From the NCBI GenBank assembly GCA_965644295.1, contig CBFFRP010000618.1, forward strand, positions 1 through 26,491: a DNA stretch of 26,491 bases. Direction: 5' to 3'. The notes beneath the pieces are model-generated. The model did no database searches. It was not told the DNA's origin and was given only the letters and a program-made list of their open reading frames with translations. A program made the translations under genes and the position numbers. Of the stretch, positions 1 to 12,900 are shown one piece after another (positions within the stretch are counted from its first letter, which is position 1; each line of letters begins with the position of its first letter). The DNA is from Paraphysomonas bandaiensis (lineage: Eukaryota; Protista; Chrysophyceae).

Positions 1-3000
1 ACTCTGGGATGAATGCTCTCGAATGGGGTGGTTATATAAATGCTGCGTGAAAATTATAAAATCTATTCGTATTACACTGGGCTGATTGCACTTTCCTATA
101 CCACAATTCATATGACACCCTTTTCAAGACAAAATTATATGTGGAGAGTTTATACATCATGACGGGTATTTCAGACTATTACAGATTATGTGTTTGAATA
201 CATTTCTCCCTAACCAATGCGATCCAACGTATATATATCATAACTGCTCATCGCTCACAACATATTAGCTAGTGATCCCTAATTCTGAAATGATCTCCGT
301 CACAGCGTTTATTACCTCCTCACGAATTCCCACACGAATAGTAGCTAAGTAGGCTTTCAACAACTCCGTCCTACGAAGCCGCTGGGACTCCTCATAGTCC
401 GCCCGACGGCTAAATACATTAGGTCTACGATTATTGTATCTACAATTAGCAGTGTGTCGGTGGGCATCGTCGCCACAGTCGTGTAGACAGTATCCACAGA
501 AACCACAGTTGCAATTCGGACAATAAAGAGCTAGACAATGATCGTAGTCCAAGCTATCTGGAGTGAACAGCCACGCACATCTCGGACATCTGAGGGACAA
601 AATACAATTCCTAATGTAGTTCCCGTGAGTTTGTATCTCTCTGTCCTTCTCAGATAAGGCAGCGAGGCGGGCCTTCTCCAGCCGCTGAGCCTCTTCGTAT
701 TCGCACCTTTCTCGCCAAGCAACAAGCTCACGCTCACTGCGTTGATACAAACGGTGAACCTCTTCTGTTAACAGTCGTACCACTTTATGGGAATCAAAGG
801 GACCCACATTACATCCGTGAGAATGGTAGGGACACATGATTCGGAACTCGCCACCGTAATCTGTTCGTTCTTCCCAAACCTCGTTAAACTCAGCGGCTCT
901 CATGTTAGGCCAAGGCTTCTGCAGCTCTGTGCTGTTAGCTACTTGCCTGAACTCCCTCAAAATATCTCCTTTGTTGCCTCGAAGGTAAAGGTCTCGTTGC
1001 CCAGATATGTCCCAAATGTGAACTAGTCGACGTCGACCTCTCTCTGACGTGGCCTCAACTTTGACATAAGCGTTAAGACAGCCTTCACAAGTAAAGTGCC
1101 GATCATCTCCTTTGCACTGTAGCCCCTGACACATATCTACCTCTTCATCACACAAACAACATACTCGCATGCGAGCTTGTTGTTCCTTCTCCTGTCTCTC
1201 CCGCTCCTGCGTTATCTCCCGCTCCTGACAAACGATTCTTTCCCGGAGGGTTTGAATATCATTGGCTAAATCTTGTATGGCGAAGAAAGACTTCTGTAGT
1301 GCATCTCGGGAGGAAAGTCGTTCCTCCGGGTTTTGACACAGAATCTCCCTAAGACGGTTCCTCAAATCATTGAGTTCTCCATCACACTCAGGAATCCTGT
1401 GCACTAGAAATTTATCCATACGGTCCCGATTACACTCGAGGCCGAAGATGTGAAGTACACACACACCAAAGGAGTACATATCGGAAGCATAAGACGGAGC
1501 ATCACCAATGAATATCTCAGGGGCCATAAAATCATGAGACCCTCTCATTTTCCCGCCCAAAGTAGACTGGTCTCGACTCAAGGAGTCGATAGAAATATCA
1601 AAATCCGTTAACATAGCGGTTCCTCTGTCCGAAATAAGGATATTGTCTGGTTTCACATCACAGTGTACCACATTATTGCCGTGCAAATGAGCCAACCCAT
1701 TCAGCACATCGTTGCATAATAGACGCTTGGACAATATGCTTAACCCATGTTCTTGTCTCTCCAGGTACAGCGCTAAGTTTCCGTTTACGTAGAAAGGCAT
1801 TTCTATATACGCTTTACCCTTCTCAAGGAATACAGCAGTGATGTCCGCTATGTACGGACTTTGACAATGGGTAGCTAATATGCGAGCTTCCCGCCAGAAG
1901 CTTTTCTGCTGGTCCTCATTGCTGCATGAAAAAGCTTTCAAAAATACGTTCCTCTTAGCAAAGCAACCCCTCATAACCATGTTTCGGCTGTTGCTCTCAA
2001 CTATTTCCAAGTCAGAGTAATCATGAATCGAACGGTCAATTATCAGTAACCCCTTAGCTATGTCAGGCAAATCTTTCGGGTCAAAACCAATCCCAGGAAG
2101 CAAGATTGGCATCTCGGGAAAATGAGTCAAAGCTATTCGAGAGAGAGCAGCTCGCTCTTTGCACAGTGCGTTACGCTTGAACTGAAGCTCTACTCTGGCA
2201 TTATTCAGATCTTCTCCGAGCTGTTGTTGTCTCGCTCTGTCACAATTATCACCCTTAAGTTCCTGTATTTTAATAGCATGCTCACACTCCGCTATATGTA
2301 TCTTAGCATTTCTAATATCGTCCAATAGGCCGGAGAAGATTTGTCCTTTGGGAGGACCATCAACCCACACCTCCATTTCCTTGAGCTGGCTTCGTATTCT
2401 GGCCCTTTGTTGCACAATTTCGGAAGCTTTATGACACCAGTATGAGGTAAACCGCGCGACTGCTACACATGCTTCCCTGGTATCTCTTCTTAAACCTGGG
2501 TAAAAACGCATTGGGTTCTGCCAGTGATCCCTCTCAACACGAAGACACTCATCCAATTCCTTCGAACAAACTTCCAGATTATGCATACTCATGCTATTTT
2601 CATCAACTAACATCTCCCCAACACATCCCAAACATTTATGAAATGCCGCAAGCGCTCTCTCTGACTCCTCAGCGGGGGAGCGCGAGCACTCACCCACCCA
2701 TTCTCCCACCTTATCTTCGAAATCCGACAGAAGCGTCATCAGCTCAGTAGACGATATATGACGGGTTTCTCCAGTGCATTCTTCAATCACCTCATTTCCT
2801 GACCATCTGCACCCATCGTAGACTTGCTTCAAAACCTCTAACCACTTTTCCACGGGAGCTGCGAGGGCTGTCCGCATTACAGATACCAGTTTACGCCGAA
2901 CACTATCGCGCTCACCCTGAAGCCCTTGTAGATATTCCATATCAACATCCTTACTTTCTACATGACTACGGATGGACTCTTGTAGGGACAAAAGCTTCCG

Positions 3001-3290
3001 CTCCAATTCTGCGAAGACACTGTCCGAACCATCTACTGACTCCACTGCCTCCATACAGGGAGCAGTTAACCACGAGTCTTTGCTTTCAAATGCCGACAAA
3101 AGGCCCATCACAGAGTCGCGTAGATCACCATCAGCAATGAAGGACACTAACTTCTCGCCACTAGAGATTATATCTGGCCTGCGCAAACTCCTCACTTCAA
3201 GAACTTTCGAATGCACAACAGAGACATAGGAAGCACATCGTCGAGCAGCCTGCTCATAACAACGATACCAATGATATCAAACATAACATA
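1..3290. repeat. Left arm of an inverted segmental duplication (partner ~14540-17828)
   Basis: Position 1 corresponds to 17828 (ACTCTGGGAT vs ATCCCAGAGT). The 264-nt 3' flank differs by about four substitutions and one short indel by eye. The two 983-aa ORFs align end to end. Homology runs to the window edge, so the arm may be longer. Confidence 0.95.
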
Positions 3291-5364
3291 TAACGGCATC
3301 GCCATAACACACATACCTCTGCAGCAGCAGAGGCTTCTTCCTGTCTCTGCCTCTCAGCCTATACAATAATACACATACAACATAATTGAAAACAAAACAT
3401 ACACAACACCTATATACTACACCAACCATACCAATACTATCAAACATAACATATAACTACATCACCATAACACACATACCTCTGCCTCTTCCCATCTCTG
3501 CCTCTCAGCCTATACAATAATACACATACAACTTAATTGAAAACAAAACATACACAACACTTATATACTACACCTACCATACCAATACTATCAAACACAA
3601 CATACAACTACATCACCATAACACACATACCTCTGCAGTAGCAGATTTCTCTTCCTGTCTCTGCCTCTCAGCCTATACAATAATACACATACAACATAAT
3701 TGAAAACGAAACATACACAACACCTATATACTACACAAACCATACCAATACTATCAAACACAACATACAACTACATCACCATAACACACATACCTCTGCC
3801 TCTTCCCATCTCTGCCTCTCAGCCTATACAATAATACACATACAACTTAATTGAAGCCAAAACATACACAACACCTATATACTACACCTACCATACCAAT
3901 ACTATCAAACACAACATACAACTATATCACGATAACACACATACCTCTGCAGCAGCAGATTCCTCTTCCTGTCTCTGCCTCTCAGCCTATACAATACACA
4001 TATGATTCCAGTAAGTTGTATCTGTAGTTCTGCGATTGCTTCGAAGGATTCATACTAACATGTGCACTTCTGATGATTTGACGCATCGCATCACTTTTGG
4101 CCAAGTCAACAGGAGTCTTTCCCTTCTGAAAATATAACAAACATAAAAAGGGTGACACAATACGTATCACTTTTCACATAATGAGTCTGTGGGGGTATAT
4201 ATACATGTGTGTGTAGAGGGGTTACTTGCTTCGTCTCGTATATGAATATCTGCTCCTGCTCTTATAAGATACTCAGCTATATGTCTGTGACCATTACATA
4301 CAGCCCAGTGAAGAGCATTCCTACCAAACTATAAAACAAAATAATAATCACATATGAATATATATATGTGTGTTGAGGGGTTACCTACATTGTCTCGTAT
4401 ATGAATATCAGCTCCTTCACTTATGAGATACCCAGCTGTATCTCTCTGACCTTCAGAGGCAGCAAAGTGAAGAGCTGTCCAACCTAACTATAAAACAATA
4501 ATAACAATCAAATACGAGCCTTATCACTCTATGAATGTATATATACGTATGTACGTATGAATATGTATGTATATATGTTACTTACATTGCTTTGTTTACT
4601 CATATCTGCTCCTTCTCTAATAAGATACTCAGCTATGTCTCTGTGACCTTCAGATACAGCCGAGTGAAGAGCTGTTCTACCACACTATAAAACAAAAATA
4701 GTAATCACATATGAGCTTTCATAATACTGTATGTACATGTATATCTATATAGGTATACGCTACGTGTGTGTGTACATGTATATCTGTTTCTTATATGTCA
4801 AGTGTATATATACGTATGTGTTACTTACTTTGCTTCGTGTATGTATGTCTGCTCCTGCACTTATAAGATACTCAACCATACCTCTCTGACCTTCAGATAC
4901 AGCAGAGTGAAGAGCTGTATTACCATCCTATAAACAGTAATAGTAATCAAATATGAGCCCTTAGAGCACTCTATGTATGTATGTATGTGTATAGAGGGGT
5001 TACTTACATCGTCTCGTATAGTTATATCTGCCCCTACTCTTACAAGGTATTCAGATATGTCTCTGTGACCTTCAGAGGCAGCCCTATGAAGAGCTGTAAC
5101 ACCATCCTAATAAACAATATCAATGATCACATATGAGCCCTTATAGTATTGTATGTATGTATATCTATTCATATAAGTATGTATATGTATGTATGTGTGT
5201 GTATGTATATCTATTCCTATGTGTATGTATGTATGTATATGTATGTGTATGTGTGTGTGGTGTACCTTATCTTTTATATTGATGTTATCACCCCTCCCAA
5301 CACACTTCTTCACTTCATTGAAGTCACCCCTCGCAGCTGCTGTAATTATATCATCCATCTTCAT
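265..5364 (-). CDS. Gene A: ankyrin-repeat / coiled-coil / protein kinase / RBR-like E3 ligase protein, 13 exons, ~1276 aa
   Basis: Hand-spliced exons, all phase 0: 5364-5266 (MKMDDIITAAARGD...IKDK); 99-nt ankyrin exons 5106-5008, 4927-4829, 4684-4586, 4487-4389, 4328-4230; cap exon 4125-4060 (KGKTPVDLAK...SAH); micro-exons 3986-3945, 3823-3794, 3672-3631, 3509-3480, 3358-3317; terminal exon 3249-265, in frame with the 983-aa ORF. Motifs VFLK, HCDVKPDN, DFD, FMAPE, SDMYSFG, CCLC...HFTCEGC...CPYHSHGC, CPRC...HCLALYCPNC...FCGYC. All introns GT-AG except one GC-AG. Confidence 0.9.
3317..3989 (-). repeat. Tandem micro-exon/intron array in gene A with a 314-bp higher-order unit
   Basis: Exons alternate 42 nt (AERQRQEExSAxAE) and 30 nt (AERQRWEEAE). 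The four intervening introns are near-identical and each exactly 121 nt. Exon start spacing is 163/151/163/151. Confidence 0.93.
4126..4229 (-). other. Non-canonical GC-AG intron of gene A
   Basis: After the 99-nt exon 4328-4230 the minus strand reads GCAAGTAACCCCTCTA, where sister introns read GTAAGTAACCCCTCTA. The next GT (4225) would shift the frame. The acceptor TTTTCAG ends at 4126. Confidence 0.7.
4230..5106 (-). repeat. Ankyrin exon-intron tandem array of gene A (5 internal repeats)
   Basis: Five 99-nt exons encoding xGxxALHxAxxxGxRxxxxYLxxxGADxxxxxx, separated by related introns. Confidence 0.93.
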
Positions 5365-6108
5365 CTTATATCTGTGAACAGAAGTGAAGCATCTATAGAG
5401 CAGCAGATCTCACCTCACTTCACTATCTATAAAAAAGGGTGTTTTTTAGCATGATGGACATATTCCACACACATAAATATCGTAGTATTTTTAACTATGG
5501 ACGATTCTAAAAAGCCCATTTTCTCAAAAATTGATACCATTGTAGAGTTTACACAACTCTCAAAAACCCTGCTTTTAATTTCTTACCTGCTTTACCTACA
5601 GTAGATCAGGGAGTTGTTGAAGATCCAAAAAACCCATTCGGACGGAAAAATGATTTTTATGCAATAGATATTTTTTATAGGTTCTGATTGTTTTCTTGAG
5701 AATGCGTAGTTTTGTCACTTTTGGAGTGTCAAAACTGCGTATTTTTTGAAGTAATCCAAAACAATAATGACATCTATGCACAGTATATACTGCTGGCTGT
5801 ATATACAGGAGTATACCTGTAAGTGTATTACCTCTGTATACAGTACTATGTATTATCTAACTGTATATTATGAAACCGTCAGTTTGATTACCATACATAT
5901 CATCGTTAACATATACATACACCCCCCCCATACATACATATATATAGAGAGAGAGAGACTTCAGATGACTGCAGTGCATTAATAACATCTTCTACTATAA
6001 TCCTATAACACAATCACTATCCCTTTTCTTCTCCATGTCTATCTAATAGATTCTTTATACTGCATTATTATTCATAACTATATATAACATATATACATAT
6101 ATAACAAC
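5365..6108. promoter_or_regulatory. Divergent intergenic region between gene A and IQUB (probable promoters)
   Basis: Head-to-head starts at 5364 (-) and 6109 (+). An A/T-tract-rich block lies at ~5430-5770. Positional inference only. Confidence 0.35.
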
Positions 6109-7802
6109 ATGACAACAGAAGAACCTGCATCAGATACACCACAAACAGATACTAATCCACAATTAACTTCACATGAAGATTCATTAATAAATAAAGATGA
6201 AGGGTTTAGTGAAGGGTTATGGCCACCTTACTGTAATCCATCATATGTGATGCCAGATGAAATAGATGTACATGTTGAAACTGTGACTGGTAATTACAGT
6301 TTTCCTGTTCAGATTATTAAAAAAACACAACGAAAATTATATTTTGGAGGGTATCGACATAAGGAGACGAGTGCAGTGTATCATCATGCAAGCACACAGA
6401 CTCCTACTGAGAAAAAGACAAATCAACGTGAAGTCAGCCATCTTAGAACCAGGGAGACTCAAACACATGATCATAAATCTGTTTCTGTGCAACCCTTGCG
6501 AGAACATGGTACTCAAATGCAAAGGATTGATTTATATCTTGATAACAAGAGGGATGTTGAGATCACTTCCAAGCCATATTTCACTGCGGAAGAGCTGTTT
6601 TACTTGAAGCGAGAGAAATGTGTTGAGATTCAGAGAGTATGGAGGGGCTATATGTCAAGGTGTCGAGCAATTAGACTGAAACAGAATATTGTTCTGGAAG
6701 AAGAGAGAGCCCTTGAAGCCAAGTGAGTAGATGATTATTGATATGCACTGTTACATCATATTGACTGAGAAGTAATATGTCCTGTAACTGCTAAGTGCTA
6801 CCTACCATCGACGTGATCTCTTCCATGCTTATCGTAATTTTTTTAATAGGGAACATAACGAGAAAACTCTCCAAGAACAAAAAATGCAAGAAATGCGTAA
6901 ACGCACTCACCCAACTACAAATGAAGACTTTGCTAGACTGTACAATGAGCTCGATGCGTGGAGGAAAGCGGAAGTTGCTAAAGTAAAGGTATGGATATGG
7001 TAACATGTTAGAGTTGTGCCGAATGACATGCGAGAGTTTACCGTTGTTATAGTGACATTGTAACATGAATTACAATAGTTATTATAGCAAAAGTTTTATA
7101 ATGCATTGATAGGCGAACACTACTCCTGGAGAGGAACGTCGTCGAGCTCTGGAGGCAATTTTGGCTGAGGAAACAGAAGCATTGCAAAATATACAACGCC
7201 TCAAGAATACTGCCCATCGGGCCACTGTTCAGGAGAAGACACAAAAGATGTTGGAACTGATGGCTCAGCCTAATAAGTGGGCGATGAGTGATGGAGACGT
7301 TGCCACCGTCCAGACACCAGCCTCAACGCGTGCAAAGGAACTGTTGGATTTGTACAATGCCTTGAACGCTCCATTAGTGGGAACCAACCAGCGATTGGAA
7401 ATTTTACTGAATGTCAAATGGACTGTGAAAGAATCGATGTCCTCTAATACTGGAGGAGGGCTATCAGTTACAATGAATTGCAATAAAGAAATTCTGGACC
7501 TTGTCGACAGAGAGGCAGATCTCCTTAACCGCGGCAGGTATGGTTGTGTGTATAGTTTGCTGTTACTCTCTGTGCGGACATATTATGTATATTGTATTTC
7601 TTATGATGAGCCTATTAACAGAGATATGACAATGTATTTGAGATATATCTAAGCTGTTTTGTTTAGACCATTCAAAAGCATGGAATCTTTGCGCAAAAGA
7701 ATTAGCAACTTGTTCCTTCAGTTTATTGAAAATCCTGCGTACAATCCTCGTGCTACAGAGTTTATTAACATACCTGTACCTCCCACTGGACAGACCACCT
7801 AA
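6109..7802 (+). CDS. IQUB: IQ and ubiquitin-like domain-containing protein (IQUB/FAP253 family, flagellar radial spoke), 4 exons, ~437 aa
   Basis: Exons 6109-6722, 6850-6988, 7113-7537 and 7667-7802 have compatible phases and GT-AG ends. Family motifs: YFGGYRHKETSAVYHHASTQT, RETQT, REHGTQM, KPYFTA, IQ motif IQRVWRGYMSR, RTHPTTNEDFARLYNELDAWR, LVDREADLLNRGR, LRKRISNLFLQFIENPAYNP. No clear ubiquitin-like domain at the N-terminus. Confidence 0.9.
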
Positions 7803-8419
7803 TCACTCATTTGTGAATGGAGGTATCAATCTGTGTAGGTGTGCCCAGGACAATGTGTATTTAATATAATCTGAATTATGAAACTGGGTGTACTAGTTAG
7901 CTGGTTTATGATTTGGACTGTGGTAGGAAAAATGACTCGTGTTCGCATTCTGTATGTGAGGGTAATTTATAATTATAGTACTTCTTTTTGGTATATTTTT
8001 ATTCGTTGGGTATATCTGAAACTGAAAAGGCGGATTGCTTAGTTCATAATACCTTGTCTGGTGAAGGTTCATCCGTTAATTAATAAACATATCGTAGTTG
8101 CAATCTCTAAGAACATGATGGTGATGCGGTATTACAGTCATCGGTTGTTGGCGTATGAGGGGTTGAAAGAACACTGTCTTCGGTTATATGACTCGCTATT
8201 ACAAATATTTGGCTCAACTAGACTGTTCGAATTTAAACTTATTACGTTCGTTAAAAAATCGAAGCAAGGACTTCGCTCTCATGACGTAAACATATCACAT
8301 ATCATACTATAAATCACATCAACGTTATAGCCATCCTTCTAAGGGCGCAACAAGAAATGAAAAAATATGACATGCTACATGAACGACCTCTGAAGAAAAG
8401 GTCGTTCACTTCGACGCCC

Positions 8420-9442
8420 TCACACGAGGCGGACTTCGCCACAGGCGACTCTCGCACCAGCATTTCCTACAAATTAAAGCCAATGAAAACACCATGCACA
8501 CAGATGTATCGGTATACATGTATCATATGTAGACAATAAACCAGCGACATACATATACAACAAAGAGCATACCAGTAGTTAGGGAAAGCTCGTGTCCCCC
8601 CTTGCCAAGATCATCAGGGTCCGCGTGCACCATAACAGATCTTCCTACCACTGTAAACTCGCCGGAACTATACGGAATGATATCAAACAATACATTGTAG
8701 ATATAAGATTAGAATTCATATACAAAAAAGAAGCATTGCATGAAGCGGGATAGAATCGCATATGTGCCACTACAATGGATACAGACACGGCAGTATTCCA
8801 ACTTTGCATTATAATATCATGAAATCAGCTCATACATTCTCACTAAATGGTCAGTGATGCTTCCTTCTGCAACTCCAGATGCATCGGCTTCAATGTTTCC
8901 AAGATCCCCCGCATGACGGACCTAAACACTGACATTAGACACAACTCACATCAATCTAATAAGATGATACCTCATCAGTTGGACCACCGTGAGTATGTCC
9001 ATGGGGGTTATAGTGAGGACCCGCAGAGGTACACCCATTTGAAAAATCAGCAAATTCATGACTAAAAATAATTTTTTAATAAATAAATAATAATAAAAAA
9101 TTGGAATTATATACATGTATATATATATATGAGTGTATACAGCATGTATATATATATATATATAAGTGTGTATGTATGCGAGTACGTATGTATATACATA
9201 CATGAGTGTATATATAAAATATGCCTTTGTGATATACATACATATACATATATGTGTGTATGAGCTTACATATGGAATCCATGTAGACCCGGAGTGAGAC
9301 CCGTCACACGATAATTAATAACACATGGACCATTCTCTCCGTCCTGTTCAAAGTGAACGATACCATGAACACCAGTGGATCCTTCACTGCCGTCACAGCT
9401 TCTTCCGTTAGGGCCTACTTCACAGATTGCTTTGATTGACAT
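8420..9442 (-). CDS. SOD1: Cu/Zn superoxide dismutase, 5 exons, 163 aa
   Basis: Not in the ORF track. Exons 9442-9270, 9061-8971, 8921-8836, 8667-8573 and 8466-8420 splice to [10 protein letters not shown]...[51 protein letters not shown]...[38 protein letters not shown]. All Cu/Zn ligands, the disulfide Cys pair and the catalytic Arg are present. No signal peptide. Confidence 0.96.
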
Positions 9443-9949
9443 GGTGATGTTAGTACAGAAGTCGAGTTATATTAGAATGAATATATGAACATGTATGCAT
9501 GTATGTATGTATGTATGTATGTATGTATGTATGTATGTATGTATGTATGTATGTATGTATGTATGTATGTATGTATGTATGTATGTATGTATGTATGTAT
9601 GTATGTATGTATGTATGCATGTATGTATGTATGTATGTATGTATGTATGTATGTATGTATGTATGTATGTATGTATGTATGTATGTATGTATGTATGTAT
9701 GTATGTATGTATGTATGTATGTATGTATGTATGTATGTATGTATGTATGTATGTATGTATGTATGTATGTATGTATGTATGTATGTATGTATGTATGTAT
9801 GTATGTACAGTATCTTGGTGTAGTGGGTTCCTGTGGTGTCCAGATTTCAATGTCAGTCATTATTATCACAAAATAAACAAGTTCATAACACTATCATTAC
9901 TATCAACTTGTGGCCTGTCAGTTTCTTGTATCATCTAAGAGAGATTGAG
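9443..9949. promoter_or_regulatory. Probable bidirectional promoter of SOD1 and gene C
   Basis: Only 507 nt separate the divergent ATGs (9442 -, 9950 +), and 317 nt of that is microsatellite. Confidence 0.4.
9491..9807. repeat. (TATG)n microsatellite, ~79 units
   Basis: Near-perfect tetranucleotide run with only two T>C interruptions (9498, 9618). Confidence 0.98.
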
Positions 9950-12900
9950 ATGTTTAAAGCTGCTCGTGAGGGTAAAATCAGAGACGTGCAGAGGTGTATT
10001 AGGAGAGGTGTGAATATTAATGAAAAGGACCAGGTAAACCATACACACACATAGAATATATGTACCATAATGATACAGTGTTCTAAGGGCTCATATGTGA
10101 TTATTATAATTGTTTATAGGATGGTTATACAGCTCTTCACTCTGCTGTATCTGAAGGTCAGAGAGGTATGGTTGAGTATCTCATAAGAGCAGGAGCAGAC
10201 ATACATACACGAAGCAAAGTAAGTAACACATACATATACATACACATATAGATAGATAGTGTATTAAGGGCTCATATGTGATTATTATAATTGTTTTATA
10301 GGATGGTTGTACAGCTCTTCACTTGGCTGTATCTGAAGGTCAGAGAGACATAGCTGAATATCTTATAAAGGCAGGAGCAGATATTCATACACGAGCCAAT
10401 GTAAGTAAAATATATAAAAATATATGTACATACACATATATATAGATAGAGTGTTCTAAGGACCCATATGTGATTATTATAATTGTTTTGTAGGATGGTA
10501 ATACAGCTCTTCTTTTGGCTGTATCTGAAGGTCAGAGAGACATAGCTGAATATCTTATAAAGGCAGGAGCATATATTCATACACGAAACAATGTGAGTAA
10601 CCCCTCTATAAACATACATACATACATATATATATACAGTGTTATGAGGGCTCACATGTGATTATATATAGGATGGTGGTGTAGCTCTTCTCTTGGCTGT
10701 ATCTAAAGGTCACAGAGATATAGCTGAGTATCTGATAAGAGCAGGAGCAGATATAACTATACGAGACAGAGTAAGTAACCCCTCTACATCTATATACATA
10801 CATAACTACAGAGATGCAGTGTTATCTTGTATAGACTACAGGGCTCATGTGATTGTTTTTATTTTGTTTTATAGGATGGTAATACAGCTCTTCACGATGC
10901 TGTCTCTACAGGTCACAGAGATATAGCTGAGTATCTTATAAAGGCAGAAGCTGATATTAATGCACGGAACAGTGTAAGTAACCCCTCTACACATACATAC
11001 ATATGATACATACATATGTACATACACACATATTATATACATATAATCATATCGTGTTATAAGGGCTCATGTTTGATTATAATATATGTTTCACAGGATG
11101 GTTGGACAGCTCTTCTCTTGGCTGTCTCTCAAGGTCACAGAGATATAGCTGAGTATTTGATAAGAGAAGGAGCAAATATTCATATTCGAGACGATGTAAG
11201 TAACCCCACTAGATACATATACATACACATATATACATACATAACTATAGAGATACAGTAGACGCATATGTGACTACTGTTATTGTGTTTTATAGGATGG
11301 TAACACAGCACTTCACAAGGCTGTCTCTGCAGGTCACAGAGATATAGCTGAGTATCTTATAAAGGCAGGAGCAGATATTAATGCGCGGAACAATGTGAGT
11401 AACCCCTCTATACACATACATACATATGAACATATATATAACAATATCGTGTTATAAGGGCTCATATTTGATTATGATATATATTTTATAGGATGGTTGG
11501 ACAGCACTTCACAAGGCTGTCTCTGCAGGTCACAGAGATATAGCTGAGTATCTTACAAGAGAAGGAGCACATATTAAGATACCAAACAATGTAAACAATT
11601 CCGCCCCTCTATACACATATACATACATTTATAGATACATACAGTAAGGACTCATATGTAATTATTATTGTGTTTTATAGGATGGTAATACAGCTCTTCA
11701 CGATGCTGTCTCTGAAGGTAAGGGAGATATAGCTGAGTATCTCATAAGAGCAGGAGCAGATATGAATAAACAAAACAATGTAAGTATCCTGTCTACACAC
11801 ATATGTATACTTATATACATATAATCAAAATGTGTTTCTAAGGCTCAAATGTTATTATTATGATTCTTTTGTAGGATGGTTGGACAGCACTTCACAAGGC
11901 TGTATCTAAAGGTCACAGAGATATAGCTGAGTATCTTATAAGAGAAGGGGCAGATATTCAAATACGAGACAATGTATGTATCACATGAAAACACACATAT
12001 GTACATATATACATATACATATAATCATATCGTGTTGTAAGGCTCAAATCTTATTATTATAATTCCTTTGTAGGATGGTTGGACAGCTCTTCTCTTGGCT
12101 ATATCTAAAAGTCACGGAGATATAGCTGAGTATCTTATAAGAGAAGGAGCAGATATGAGTAAACAAAGCAATGTAAGTATCACGTCTACACACGTATGTG
12201 TGCATACATAGATATATATATAATCATAATGTGTTTCTAAGGCTCATATGTGATCCTTATAATTGTATTATAGGATGGTTGGACAGCTCTTCTCTTGGCT
12301 GTATCTAAAGGTCACAGAGATATAGCTGAGTATCTTATAAGAGCAGGAGCTGATATTCATACACGAGACGAGGTAAGTAACCCTTTTATACATACATATA
12401 TATATATATATATATAAACATATCGTGTTAGAGGAGCTCATATGTGATTATTATAATTGTATTATAGGATGGTTGGACAGCTCTTCCCTTGGCTGTCTCT
12501 GAAGGTCACGTAGATATAGCTGAGGATCTTATAAGAGAAGGATCAGATATGAATGCACAAAACAATGTAAGTATCACATGAAAACACATATATATATAGA
12601 TATACTTATGTACATACATACATATTTACACCTACATATTTACATATAATCATATCGTGTTATAAGGGCTCATATGTGCTTACTATTATTGTATTACAGG
12701 ATGGTTGGACAGCTCTTCACTGGGCTGTCTCTCAAGGTCACAGAGATATAGCTGAGTATCTTATAAGAGAAGGAGCAGATATTCATATACGAGAAAGTGT
12801 AAGTACCCCTCTATGGCTACCTACTTATACATATATATATACATATATATATACATATAATCATATCGTGTTATAAGGGCTCATATGTGATTATAATATA

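Noticed and set aside
265-3216. The two 983-aa ORFs as complete stand-alone genes
   Set aside because: They start at GTG eleven codons after a CAG acceptor, so they are terminal exons. Their equal length results from two offsetting 6-nt indels.
5430-5770. MITE-like element in the A/T-tract block
   Set aside because: Only loose partial inverted matches, with no defined termini or target-site duplication.
8590-8602. Apparent frameshift in the SOD1 homopolymer and phase clash at intron 3
   Set aside because: Six Cs give AAG GGG GGA in frame, and using the donor at 8835 instead of 8843 resolves the phase. The gene is intact.
9450-9938. ORFs with YIHT / MYVC repeats (also 5149-5454, 8946-9282)
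   Set aside because: These are stop-free translations of (TATG)n and related microsatellites, or of introns.
10593-10650. Telomere-like TAACCC / TAAGGG motifs in array introns
   Set aside because: They are single copies forming part of the donor and branch regions, not tandem telomeric arrays.
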